Source: Eledone cirrhosa
Taxonomy: Eukaryota
Reading direction: 5' to 3'
Assembly: GCA_964016885.1 (NCBI GenBank)
Contig: OZ024740.1
Location: 199,764,001-199,828,000, forward strand
DNA: 64,000 nucleotides
Part shown: positions 26,505 to 39,736 of the stretch, in pieces
Layout: each line of letters opens with the position of its first letter
Position numbering within the stretch: the first letter of the stretch is position 1
Notes under the pieces: model-generated
Told to the model about the DNA's origin: nothing
Database searches by the model: none
The model's input: the letters and a program-made list of their open reading frames with translations, nothing else
Program-made: the position numbers and the translations under genes

Positions 26505-26879
26505 AGATATATAGAGATAGATGTTCCAGACATAAAGCCTTATGAAATATCTATGTCAGTATATAATAATGGCTTTGTGGGGGCGCTTAGATTTTTGGGT
26601 TATGTCTTCAGCTGACTATCGTTAGGTCTTCAGTTTCATTCTTGCAAGAATACATGAATTCCCGTTGCTATATATATATATATTAGTATGTTCCAGAATC
26701 CGACATTTTACACAAAAGTGTTTTTTTCTTAGCTCCATATACATTTTCTCATGCCATTTTGTATATTATCAATTTATAATGTAATTTTGATTATTTCAGA
26801 CTAATTTAAACTTTGCCTAATAGATGCAAATTGGCAGAATAATGGCGGAAACCAGTAGGCCAAGTTGTAGCTACTCGCT

Positions 26880-29165
26880 CCGTTGTGATGATCGAGAAAT
26901 ATGACTCCTGGGGCAATATGTTACATCCTTTTCACCAAACAAAATACCAACAAAGGGAGATGTTCTAAGATATTTCTTATGAAACACGAAAAGCATTTGA
27001 GCTTCAATGGTGCTATTGTGGATACGCTTGTGATCGAAGTAGTTAGTCAGTGGGAAAAGCTGGTGTGGCGACTCAACGAAAAGACAAAGTGAAACTGAAA
27101 ATTATAAACATGTATAGCGAATACAGAACTTTACAAAAAAAATAAATGTTCTAAGTCAAACAAAGAAAAGGAAGCACTATTTATTTCTGAATTGGATTCG
27201 TATTTCTACATTGCACATACTGATGCTGAAAAGAAAATTTTGAAAGACCGTCTTCGTAATAATGAACAGAAAAATGGAAGATGCTACATATCTCGAAGCC
27301 CAGCGTTGCCAGAAAAAAGTATCTCTGTGTGCTGAAGACAAGGGTTACGAGAAAAAGGTATCTTCAAAGTTTAAGCGTGATCAGGTTTCTGTGGCTCGTC
27401 GAGAGTCAGAGAACCATAGAAAGCGTTTGTCAGGATCTGTAGCAGCACAACTTCCACGTAATGAACTGAGAGATTCAAGTTCAACCAATGATGAAACTGA
27501 AGATGAACAGGATCCTGAATTTCAGGCCTCCAACCCACCCAGAGACAGCTCAAAGTCAGACAAGAAACGAAAAGTCCAGCTGGAACCCCCAAAGAATCCA
27601 TTTCAAAGTTCAAAAATTCTCTAATGGCTGATCGTTTAAACCTGACACTGGGCCTGAGAACAGCATTCATGGCATCGATTATTTCTGAGGGTGGGACTGA
27701 CATAGACGCCACAACTCTCTCCAAGAATAGTAGTAGACGTGCAGCTAAGAAGATCAGAACTATGGGAGCTGAACACATAAAGGAACAATTTGCCCTACCA
27801 GACTTTGTTACCTTGCATTGAGATGGAAAAATAATTCCTTGTTACCACGAGATGCTAGGTGTGCTATTTGCTGGAACTCCGGGCTTCAGAGAAGGTAAAC
27901 TCCTCGGTGTTACCATAATTCCTGATGGCACTGGAACCACCCAAGCCAAAGCATCATTTAATCTTGTTAAAGATTGGAATGTTGATGGATCTGTGGTGGG
28001 TGGGTCTTCGACACAACTGCTTCAAATTCTGGATGGAAAAATGGTGCCTGCGTGAACAATAACAGATGTTCAAGTAAAAGGTGTTTTATTTTGCTTGTCG
28101 GCACCATGTCATGGAGCGTATCTTGTGTGCAGTGTGGGAACAACTATTTGGAGCAATGTCCAGTCGAGACACCCCAGAGTTCAAGGAGTTCAAAAAAGAT
28201 TTGGTGTCACTCACCGAGAAGACCAACTTTAAAACATTGAATATTGTCGACCGGAGACTCAAGCGTCTGTGTTCTGAGAACATCATGTTCCTCCAAGAAT
28301 TGCTGACATCTGACGATGGGAAAATGCGTTCTCTTCCACCGGACGACTACCGTGAACGTGCCGAGTTGATGTTGATCTTACTTGGTGTTACCCCTCCTCG
28401 TGGAATTCATTGGATGCTGCCTGGTGCACATCATAACGCTCGGTGGATGTCTACAATCATGTATAATGCAAAGATGTATGCATTTGGTGAGCGACTCAAC
28501 TACAATCAACCTAAAATGGAAAAGTTTCGCCAGATTTGTATGTTCAAGGCTCTCTTCTACGTACGATACTGGCTGACAGCTGTCATGCGTGCTGGTGCAC
28601 CATTCAATGACCTTCGAGTCTACGTGGAGTTGACACAGTACAGTAAGGTTGACAGAGATCTCTCGCAGGCAACCACTACTGCTCTGAGCAGGCATCTTTG
28701 GTACCCGACGGAGGAAGCCATTCCTCTAGCACTGTTTGCAAGTCGGGTCCAAGAGTCCGAGAAGAAACAACTAACCCAACGTCTTGTCAAAACGAAAACG
28801 TCTGGGCCTCTCGACCGTGGTGCTCCTGTATTTCCCGAGTTGAAGTCGTCCACGAAGCTGCCTCATCTAGTTGGGAAGAAATCAAGGCTTCTGTTCGATC
28901 ACCTTGGTCTCGACGATACTTGGCTTGAGCTATCACCTGCAGCTTGGTCATCACAAGCCTCATATCAAAATGCCTGTGCTGTTGTACACAATATCAATGT
29001 AGTCTAACGATCTGGTGGAGAGAGCAGTCAAGTTGATAACTGATTTTGTTGCCATCACCAAGAATGAGGAGAAGTAGTGTGTTCTTCAAGTAGTCGAAGC
29101 TCATCGTCGCAAGGTCCTGGATTTCAAAAAAGAAACTCTGGAAAAAATATGTCTTGGATAACTTA
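26880..29165 (+). pseudogene. Decayed cut-and-paste transposase, hAT superfamily (hATm-like motifs)
   Basis: Frameshifted ORFs give LH*DGK, DGTGTTQA, FDTTASNSGWKNGACV, FACRHHVMERIL, PGAHHNARWM, RHLWY and VV-NDLVERAVKL. No matching pair of terminal inverted repeats was found. Confidence 0.75.
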
Positions 29166-29450
29166 ACTGAACTTGTTTCTTCCTTGTACACCTTATATTC
29201 AAAGCTGGTAAACTAATTATAATGGATTAATAAAATAAACAATTATTGTAAGGTCATATTTGGTTTCACATTTTCATGATTTCATGCAACATAATCACAT
29301 TTTCCACAATAATCACCATAATATAGGCAAAACTCAGAATAATTTATTTTATACAACATATGTTTTATTTTACCGATTTGGCCATTTATAATGGGGAAAT
29401 ACCCAGGGAGGGTTAGTATTGTGACTTTACATTTTATGTTCACTCTAATA

Positions 29451-29486
<36 letters not shown>

Positions 29487-29494
29487 CACACACG

Positions 29495-29566
<72 letters not shown>

Positions 29567-30106
29567 TATATATATATTAATACTACTACACCAAATGACC
29601 AGCCCTGTCCATTGTTCAATTGGTCAAGTATAGATTAAAATAGGCACTCCCAAAAATTCTTATTTAGATCAAATAAACCATTTACTCATTGTATTCTCAT
29701 TAGAAACCCTTCATATACTTGTTTAGCAGTAAATTGAATTACCACCTGTCATATACTATCCCCTCTCTTCTTCCTCTATTACAACTAATATAAATACTTC
29801 AATTTTTCAGATTTTTTCCAATTTATCCAAAATCTCTGAAGAAGTGACAACTGATTATACATTTGCTAACATTATATGATTACGCAAGCAGCGATACATA
29901 GGTATTCCGTCTGTTACAGAAACATATGTCAATACCTAATAAATTCCTTTTTTTTTAACAAGCACTTTCATTTTATATTCATCTTATCTACATTTTCTCC
30001 GGAATATAATTTATACTCGTTGAGCAAACCTACACGTACGCTGTTCATCTCTAACGTGACGATATATTATCACTACATTATTGATAACCTGAAATTTTAT
30101 ATATAT

Positions 30107-30163
<57 letters not shown>

Positions 30164-30175
30164 CATATATATATT

Positions 30176-30235
<60 letters not shown>

Positions 30236-30260
30236 CATATATACTTATATATATATATAT

Positions 30261-31030
30261 ATTTGGATTTAATGCTCTGAAATAGCGATATATATGTGAA
30301 GACAAACATAGAATATTCGAAAATATTCTGTATGTTTATAATAAACATTTTGAAGACCCAATCGCTATAGAATAGAATACGTCACGTATTACAATTTGAG
30401 ATTCTCGATAAAAGTAAGGGAAGTAATCTACGCGTTTCATTCTTGTTAGAAATCTTCAGGATTACATATCCAATACTTTTATCGAGAACGACACAGCTAG
30501 AGACTTATAGAATACTTAGCTGTGTACAGGAACTGGTTTGATAGAGCGGTAGCCGGTCCGGCAGAAATTAGAATTTGGATTTAATGCTCTGAAATAGCGA
30601 TATATATGTGAAGACAAACATAGAATATTCGAAAATATTCTGTATGTTTATAATAAACATTTTGAAGACCCAATCGCTATAGAATAGAATACGTCACGTA
30701 TTACAATTTGAGATTCTCGATAAAAGTAAGGGAAGTAATCTACGCGTTTCATTCTTGTTAGAGATCTTCAGGATTACATATCCAATACTTTTATCGAGAA
30801 CGACACAGCTAGAGACTTATAGAATACTTAGCTGTGTACAGGAACTGGTTTGATAGAGCGGTAGCCGGTCCGGCAGAAATTAGAATTTGGATTTAATGCT
30901 CTGAAATAGCGATATATATGTGAAGACAAACATAGAATATTCGAAAATATATAAGATTTCTAACAAGAATGAAACGCGTAGATTACTTCCCTTACTTTTA
31001 TCGAGAATCTTAAATTGTAATACGTGACGT
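30261..31030 (-). mobile_element. Retrozyme-like tandem array: 2.2 x 312-bp units (-) plus a short inverted piece at 30953-31030 (+)
   Basis: Period 312 (30261/30573/30885). HHRs at 30423-30465 and 30735-30777 read on the minus strand gtaatc-CTGAAGA-t(t/c)tct.aaca.agaat-GAAA-cgcg-TA-gattac. Confidence 0.85.
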
Positions 31031-31461
31031 GGTTGAGCACACTTCTCTGAGTGGCTTTGGGCTGCCCTTTCTAGCAGTTCGTCCCTCAGAGGCCACTGGT
31101 TCACTGCCCTTAAACACGCTGTTACTTCTCTCTCCCACGTGTAGCTGGACAGTCACTTTTAAAATTCTCTTAGTGTTGTCTGAAATGTATAGCCTTACAC
31201 ACGCTGATGAACCGAGGCTAACCCATTTCTTTCAACAAATTACTGGTGAAACATATCTTTGGATTAGTATCTTTGGATTTGTACGTGTGTTATATAGTTA
31301 TAGAGGTATTTATTTGCGCTTTAATTTATATTTTTAATTATCGTGTCTATAGTCTGCCTTTCATAGGTTATAGATTCCATACACTGGTGGTTTTTTTCCC
31401 TCTTTTATTGATAGCGCACTGTATATCTCTCTCTGGTGTGTTACCTATTCAACATATTGTA
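31031..31461 (+). mobile_element. Family B element with a canonical-core HHR at 31197-31290
   Basis: acacacg-CTGATGA-accgag...ctggt-GAAA-ca...tg-TA-cgtgtgt. Homologous to 7327-7717. Confidence 0.75.
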
Positions 31462-32059
31462 TATATATATATATATATGTGAATGTATGTATGGGTGTGT
31501 TTGTGTATGCATATGTGTTTGCGTCTAGCGACTTTACATATATATGTCCTTCTGGTGCAGCATTTCCCCCATTTTAATCGTTAGTGTAAACATTTCTGTA
31601 ATTTCTATAGGAACAATAAGATCATTCCGTCACCAATACTCGGGAAATTAGTTTCACTTGTTTTCGACATTTCCTCAGCTTTTTGTTAGCTTAGAAAATA
31701 TATTTTCTAATGAATAGGATTAAATTGAAAACGAAACCGATACCTTCGTTTCTCTGACATTCTAAAGAACACACCAGTTGACGCCGCCGTCTCTAAACAT
31801 ATATTATTCGAAATTCCATTACACTTTGTGATTCTTCTCTATTTATACTTTACAGCTGTAGATTACTTTTAATTGTTTCTGTTTTATTTTGTATGTCTCT
31901 CCATTGCCGGGATGGAATTAAAATTGACGATTGCCAATCCTTCATTACATAGATTCGATGAATTTCTAATAACAGATTTGGAAATTGCTTCAATAAATTC
32001 TCTCTAAATGATTCTAAAATAGAAAATGGAAAATTAGAAAACCGAAAAAAATTAATAGA

Positions 32060-32226
32060 AATAATTGTTTCTACTGTTGGCACAACGCCACCAAATACAA
32101 AGTGTATTAGTGGTACTTTATTTTATCGACACCATAAGGATGAAAAACAAAGTTAACCTCGGCGGGATTTGAACTCAAAATGGCAAGGGCCGTAACTCTA
32201 TGCGTCAAAGCATGGCGTCCGACCCT
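32060..32226 (-). mobile_element. SINE
   Basis: Reverse complement of the SINE consensus in this window. Confidence 0.75.
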
Positions 32227-32304
32227 TAATAGAAATAATAATAGACGTTTCTTTATTAGCCACAGAGGGCTTACATTAAGAGGATAATAAAGACGGTAGA
32301 TAAT

Positions 32305-32341
32305 AACAATAGTAGTAGTAACAGCTACAGCAGCAGCGCCG

Positions 32342-32377
<36 letters not shown>

Positions 32378-32378
32378 A

Positions 32379-32416
<38 letters not shown>

Positions 32417-32417
32417 A

Positions 32418-32450
<33 letters not shown>

Positions 32451-32533
32451 AAGTAGTAGTAGTAGTAGTTGTAGTAGTAATAGTAGTAGTAGTAGTAGTA
32501 GTAGTAGCTGTAGTAGTAGTAGTAGTAGTAGTA
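32305..32533. repeat. (TAG)n/(CAG)n trinucleotide microsatellite
   Basis: Direct inspection. Confidence 0.95.
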
Positions 32534-32675
32534 AAATAAATAAATGAATAAACATACGACACATTCATTCCATTAAAAAATGCGAGTTCAGGTGGATATA
32601 CTTTTATATATTATAAACATGAAGAATGTTTCGGTACGAAGGAGGTAAACAGGTCTCATTATTATTTGGAAAAAA

Positions 32676-32843
32676 AGGTCGGACGCCATGCTTTCCAGCA
32701 AAGAGTTACGGCTCTTTATGTTCTGAGTTCAAATCCCGCCGAGTTTAACTTTGCCTTTCATCCTTACGGGGTCGATAAAATAAAGTACCAGTAATGTACT
32801 GAGATAATTGCTGGCCTTCTGCCAAAACATAGCAACAATTATT
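32676..32843 (+). mobile_element. SINE between two ~165-bp direct repeats
   Basis: SINE consensus match. Flanking repeats at ~32512-32676 and ~32940-33108. Confidence 0.8.
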
Positions 32844-33280
32844 ATTTGGAAATGAAAAAAGAAAAATAATAATGAATGAATAAATAAATAAAAAATAATA
32901 AATAAATAAATAGTAAAGAAATCATTATTTGAAAATGTAGTAGTAGCAGTAGTAGTAGTAGTAAAATAAATAAATGAATAAACATACGACACATTCATTC
33001 CATTAATAAATGCGAGTTCAGGTGGATATACTTTTATACATTATAAACATGAAGAATGTGTCGGTACGAAGGAGGTAAACAGGTCTCATTATTATTTGGA
33101 AAAAAAGGGCGGTGGATACCAAATTTTCCCTTGACAATACGATTATTCACCAGGCGTCTGCTGTTAACAATAGAACTTTTAATTTCGACAAAATGCGACC
33201 AATGAAATACGAATTAGATTTGATAAAACGAAGTACTAGTTTCGATATGATTGATGTTTATATGGTGCACCAGCATATAA

Positions 33281-33318
<38 letters not shown>

Positions 33319-33388
33319 GTGTGTGTGTCTGTGTGTGTGTGTGTGTGTGTGTGTACATTTACATACATATATATATATATGTAAATGT

Positions 33389-33446
<58 letters not shown>

Positions 33447-35399
33447 ATGGGAATATTAGATATATAAAATATACTAGGATCTTTAAGCCTGATAATTTCA
33501 AATAGTTTCCTCTCCTATTTTCCATTAACAAATGTTTAAATATATTGAAGCATCTTGCTGAAATGTAATGCACGCTCACGAACATACGCAATCATCTAAC
33601 ACACCGAAAAGCTTTAGTGGTATATTTGTCACGCTTTTAAATGGAATGTCAATGAAATCAATGGAGAGAATTGATTTATTATTAAGGATTATTTAGTTCG
33701 AACACCTAGGAGCCTCTAATAATATTTTAGTGCAAATCGATTGATAATTCGCTCCTTGTGCTTTTCCCTCTCTGTCTTATCGTTTCTTTCGTTACTTCTT
33801 TTCTTTTCTTCGATTACATCAAGCCCGTATGTTTGAAGGATGTAGTGAAGCGTTAATAGTGGTTACGGTCGTTGATATATTAAATGGTCGTTCTATTCTC
33901 TTCAGTTGGATGCTGTCATGCAGTTGTATGATGTGATTATTGCTCTCAGACATGATTGGGCATGACATATACGGTTATTGCGCATAACTTGAAATATACT
34001 TAGTTCACGATGGTGCTGCTGGTTACTATTGATTGTATTTATTTGCTTTTACTTGATAGGTTTGGTGGAATTGAAATGCCCAGGGCCTTCCTTGCCTTTC
34101 AGAAATCGGAAAGATCGATAACGTTGATGATCTGTTTCAACAGTGACAGTTCAATTCTTATGAGAAATATTAAATAAAAGGGATTTCTAGAGGGCCAACG
34201 TTATGGCCTATAATGTCTGTCCATATTGGTAAATATGGACTATTGGAATAGGACTCAAGTGTGATCAAGAGAAGGGAAACAACTGAGTTTCAAAAATAAG
34301 GACTGGATAAAATGGTTATGGCTGAGTCTAGGGGAATTAAAAAGCATGTGAGATGAGTGGATTTGAAACGATTGAGTTTGATTTATGGTTGTACATACCT
34401 ATTTTTAAGAAAGCCCCATAGTTATGATTGAAGCGTTACGAATAACAAGCCAATGCTTAAACAATTGTTATTTTCGCCTATATACTGCAGTTATATATAT
34501 TTTTAGAGTCGGTATAAACCTTCAAGCCAGTTTCAAGTTACTTTATAACTCCCATGCTTCAAGTTACATTCTAATGACCTGAAATTGCTTTCATATTGAC
34601 GCAGGTGTAACATCAACCCTGTATCAAATTACACCTGCATTGTTCATAACGCATCCCTCTCTCAATTAACAAAATTGATAACTTTTCCTGCTTACAAATC
34701 GTAATGCCTTTATTATATAAAACACGTGAAACATAGAGGATTTTAAGCTGGTCTTACAATTGCGTAGAAAATTGAAGGTATCTCCCTATATATATGTTTC
34801 TTATGCATGTTAAAAAAACAATACCATTTTAATTGCTATGATTTCAACATTAGAGATTCATAATCCCAATTTTTCATGAGAATTTAAAGAACGAACATTT
34901 TTTTTTTTTTTTTTTCAGTCGTGCACCGAAGCCTAACAAGGTGATGATCGATAACTGAATAGAATGTTAACCCATTAAGCCAATGTTAGAATCAAACGTT
35001 CGAATTGTTGTTACAATTCAGATTTCTAGTTAGATTTACATAACACATGTTCTAAGTTACAGTATTTCTTGTGTATCTTTGGAGACACTATTTGACTAAG
35101 AATTGCAATTATTCGTAGGCAAGATATATATATATATATACACGTACTTACTGATCGCGTAGTTCAATCCAAACAATAACTTACTGACGTTCTCCATATT
35201 AAATATATTATACTGGTGTTTTGTATATAAAAGACAAACATAATATATCTTACCTTATATCTATGGGGTTGAGATGATATTATTTCCCAATGGTAATTCC
35301 CAGTGACACCTGAAATGAACAATAAAACAAAGTTATAATATAGTCATTACTAGAATATAAGCTATTTCGTTAATACAATTAGTTTGTTTGTTAATAATC

Positions 35400-35720
35400 T
35401 TCGTTGTGATTTGCTATTGTATGTGAATTGGTGAAGGTATAAGTCACAATTGTTAGAAACTTCAGCTCACGAACGTAAAGTCCTAACTTGAATTAATAGC
35501 AGCTAGGTTGTCCTTCAGCAAAATACATTTTTTCATGCAAAAGGAGTGCATTCAGTTAGAAGAAAGCGTCCATTCTTGTCACACAATGGGACACGCTGAA
35601 TCTCAGTAAGAACTACGTTAAGGATACGTGAAGTTGCGGATCTCAGGTACTTGGAGGTTAACTTCACAAGTAAGCTGTGATGCTGTTCGAACAAATGAAA
35701 ACCAACGTATTACCAATGCT
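35400..35720 (+). mobile_element. Old SINE-like relic of a second family
   Basis: cacgctgaatctcagtaagaactacgttaaggatacgtg resembles an octopus SINE body as I recall it. Not verifiable within the window. Confidence 0.4.
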
Positions 35721-36019
35721 GTAAGATTGCCGTTTCGCATATATATGTATATATATTCAGTATATGTTACGTAATTCCAAAGGAAAAGCAAAGGCAAAAA
35801 AAACAGTGCTCTATGTATAGAACAGAGCTATTTAATTAGAATGTGAACAACACAAAATCTAACTACTCCATTACCAAAGGTTTCTGGGTCACAGTCGATA
35901 ATAATATAAAAGTCTGGATCGTTCGTCAGATAGAGATGTTATCTAAATATATATATATATATATATGCACATACACACACCCACGCATGCACACTCACCT
36001 ACACACACATACACGTATA

Positions 36020-36150
36020 TATTGGTTGAGGTATGAGTTTGTGGTTCAGTCCAGCTACGCGGCACTTTGGACAATTGTTTTCAACTGTTGTCTCGTGTTG
36101 GTAAACACCTTGTGAGTGGACTTTCTTAAACGTTAACTGTAGATTATCCG
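36020..36150 (+). mobile_element. Old SINE-like relic of a third family (a minus-strand relic at ~37390-37740 contains a younger SINE at 37469-37566)
   Basis: ggttcagtccagctacgcggcactttggacaattgttttc...ccttgtgagtgga resembles an octopus tRNA-derived SINE from memory. Confidence 0.4.
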
Positions 36151-36184
<34 letters not shown>

Positions 36185-36546
36185 AGAGAGAATGAGAGGG
36201 AGAGGTGTGTGAGGGGCGGAGTAAATGCTAAACTTAAAACAAAAAATTATTTCTTATGTATAATGTTATGTTTAACCCTCTTTATTAAAGTTCTTTCTTG
36301 CTACAATATATTATATAAGGAATAATGTAATCTCATTTAGATGATTGATTTGATCGCAGTCTATCACATACAGTACTCTAAATACTGTCTAGCCACCACG
36401 AACAAGTATTGAAATGATAGAAACATATGCATTTTTCATCCACGAAATGACATATTCATGAATATATTATGATAGTGATAGTGAATTTATTGAATATCTT
36501 GAAAATTGGCTTCAGACTGACTTCTGAAATGAATCATATTGTATAA

Positions 36547-36610
<64 letters not shown>

Positions 36611-38931
36611 AGTAAAAGGGAGAAAGAAAGATAGATGCTGACAGCCACACACATACACACTCAGACACACAGGCACACATGCACACACGGATACAAACAC
36701 ACACACACACACACACATACACGCCCCCCCCCCCCATATATATATGACACTTTTGAATATTGGAAAATATTCATCTATTGATATTTGAAAATATCAGCTC
36801 AAAATTATGAATCTAGAATATAAATATAATGAAGTTATTTTTATAACAACATATTGTTTTTTTCAATGAAACTTTTCTAAAAATATTATTGTCTGTTTTC
36901 ATAAGGATTCGTAGTCATATATATACGATATAAATAGAATACAGTCAATCAAGTATACGCTAGAAATGATATATGATTATCTAAGTTTGAGTTATTGTCT
37001 TTGGACTGAACACTATATTAAACAAAGCAAATAGTTTATGCTGCCATCTTCCCTATTAAATTTATTCATACGTTTTTCTGCTCCGTAGAAGATGTGAAAA
37101 TAAATCTATTTTGAAATGAAATATTTACTAAAGCGAGTCCATAGAAACGTACCTATATCTACATTATCATATCAAAACAATCATTTATTGACACGACAGT
37201 CAACGACGATCATATTTCTCATGTGAACCCATTCCACTATGAATGTTTATAAAAGGGAGAAAAATACATTTGTCTATTTCTCCATCTTTTAACCAAAATC
37301 AAACTTGGTGGAAAATATACACTCTGTTCCTGGAAGAAGACTGCTGTATTAACACCCATACAACACTTTCTAGCTAATATGTTACTACGTTACTGGTTTC
37401 AGTCATTAGATTGAGGTCAAGCTGAGGTAGCAGCTTCCTATCGACGCCAGTACTTATTTATTACAGTCGTTAACTTTGCCTTTCATCCTTACGGGGTCGG
37501 TAAAATAAAGTACCAGTAATGTACTTGTTAATTGCTGGCCTTGTTTCTAAAATAGAAACAATTATTAATTTTATCATTCTTTTCCCGCACTGCTAATTTC
37601 CGATAGGTTCCCGCAGTTTTACGCTACCATATGTCTCTCAGTAGCCATTGATCTCCCCGAGATCAATGGCTACTGCTATGCAATGGACTTGAAATCAGTG
37701 ACATGTAGTTGCAACGCGAACTCGTTAAACACTTAGCTATTTACATATGTTATTACAGTCATGTTCTTGATGGAAATTCCTTGTTCCACCGAGAAAATAA
37801 AAAATAATAATTAAAAATAAATAGAAATAAAAACAATTAACTTTTACAGCTCAACATAGACGTGAGTAATAGAAATAGTTAATATTATAAACAGTGACTA
37901 CACGATCAAATAGGCTAATAAAATGTTCTTTTGCAATTCGAAACATTCAAATTTCAAATGTATGTAATAGATAAATAATCTGTGATGATGTTTACCCCAT
38001 CGGTTTCAAGACATAAGTATTCAATTAGTCAATCAACTGTAGTTTGAAATCTGGAATTAACGTGTAAAGTGATTGCGTATTCCTCAGACTGGTGTAATCA
38101 TTGTCATGGCTTGACTTCGCTAACAAAGATTTATGAAGGAGCCTGCTCACATCTATTAAAGGTTCACTGGCTTCTGACGCGACCAATACACGGGAGAAAG
38201 ACGAAGCTGAAGTGATTATAAGGGAAATTCTGTTAAGGGATTGGTGTTGATGAGCCACGTGTCTTCTTCTGTGTTCTCCTATCTGCAACATCTTGTCTAT
38301 GAGCAATTTCGAATGGTGGTAATCGTTCAGAGGTCAAACCTGGTCAGAGTCTGCGTCTTTTTCAAGTTGACAAGCATACTCCTTTCCAGTATGCTATAAG
38401 CTGCAAGGTTAATTTCGTGAGGGCAAGGAGAGTAGCAACATCGTAGAATAATAATTCCACAATGAGTTATTCCTGTATCTTGAGTCGGACTGAAGTCATC
38501 TCTTGTTAGACAGGTAGTTGTTAGTGTAATTTCTGACATGGAGAACGTCAGCTCGATACGGGACCTTTGTGGTCAGAGTGGGCAACTTGCAGAAAATGAC
38601 GGCGAAAATTATCGGCGCTAGAACGCATTTCCTCGTTTTATGCATTACCTATGTGGAAGTGTTTGTAAAGCTTATGTTTGCTTCTGAGGGGGCCATGATC
38701 GTACTTATACAATTGCATGATTACGTTCAGAATTCTTTTTTGTATGTGTTGGTGGCGGGTGGGCTGCAATATATGCGCATCCTAGGGGTTCAAAGATATG
38801 GGAACCAAATAAATATATATATATATTGGGGTGTGTGTCTGATGGAAGCTAAGATGCTTCCATAGGCAGTATGCTGGTTGCGCACTCTCTCTCTATATAT
38901 ATATATATGTGTGTGCGTGTGTGTGTGTGTG

Positions 38932-38993
<62 letters not shown>

Positions 38994-39087
38994 TGTGAGT
39001 GTGTTTGTGTGTTTGTGTGATAGCTGCATTTCGATTTTGTGAATTGGCATTACTCTTGACCGCATGCTATATATATATGTATATATA

Positions 39088-39736
39088 TATAGAATTCACA
39101 AGAATCAAAGCTATGTTCAAAGCATTTATTCACTTACAATTGTTTCATCCAAACCTAGGCTTGGGGTCTTCGGAGCATTTTTCAATGTTTGTACACATGA
39201 TTGACCTCCTTTCCAACGCAAGAGACATACATATACATATGTATATATTGATGTAGAGTGGAGTGACATATATTATATTATAATTCTGTATAGCAATTCA
39301 AATTCAAAATCAAAATGTAGTCTACTCACAGTACGTGTCAGGGGACCTATTAGAACTACGTCTATATAACCCCTGGTAAGTTATGAGTCAGCGTATGGCT
39401 GACTGCATTGCAAAGCTAAATACATATCTAGGGCAGACCAAAAAGCATCTCTCACTTACAAAGTCATTAATCCATCCATCAAGTTATACATGCATATATT
39501 GATTTTGTTTTAATGTAATTTTGATTTTGAATTTGAATTGCTATACAGAAATATAATATATGTCACTCCACTGTACATTAATATATATATATATATGTCT
39601 CTTGCGTTGGAAAGGAGGTCAATCATGTGTACAAACATTGAAAAATGCTCCGATGACTCCAAGCCTAGGTTTGGATGAAACAATTGTAAGTGAATAAATG
39701 CTTTGAACATAGATTTGATTCTTGTGAATTCTATAT
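39088..39736. mobile_element. Head-to-head pair of family D HHR elements (arms ~39088-39318 and ~39513-39736)
   Basis: Mirror ORFs MFKAFIHLQLFHPNLGL. HHRs at 39131-39177 (-) and 39646-39692 (+): tgct-CCGATGA-ctccaagc.ctag.gtttggat-GAAA-caattg-TA-agtg. Confidence 0.8.

Noticed and set aside
26680-29460. Complete hAT element with terminal inverted repeats
   Set aside because: The candidate left end (ttagtatgttccag, ~26683) has no visible inverted counterpart, so only the transposase remnant is called.
32107-32568. Poly-Thr and poly-Leu ORFs
   Set aside because: Translation of the (TAG)n microsatellite running into a SINE.
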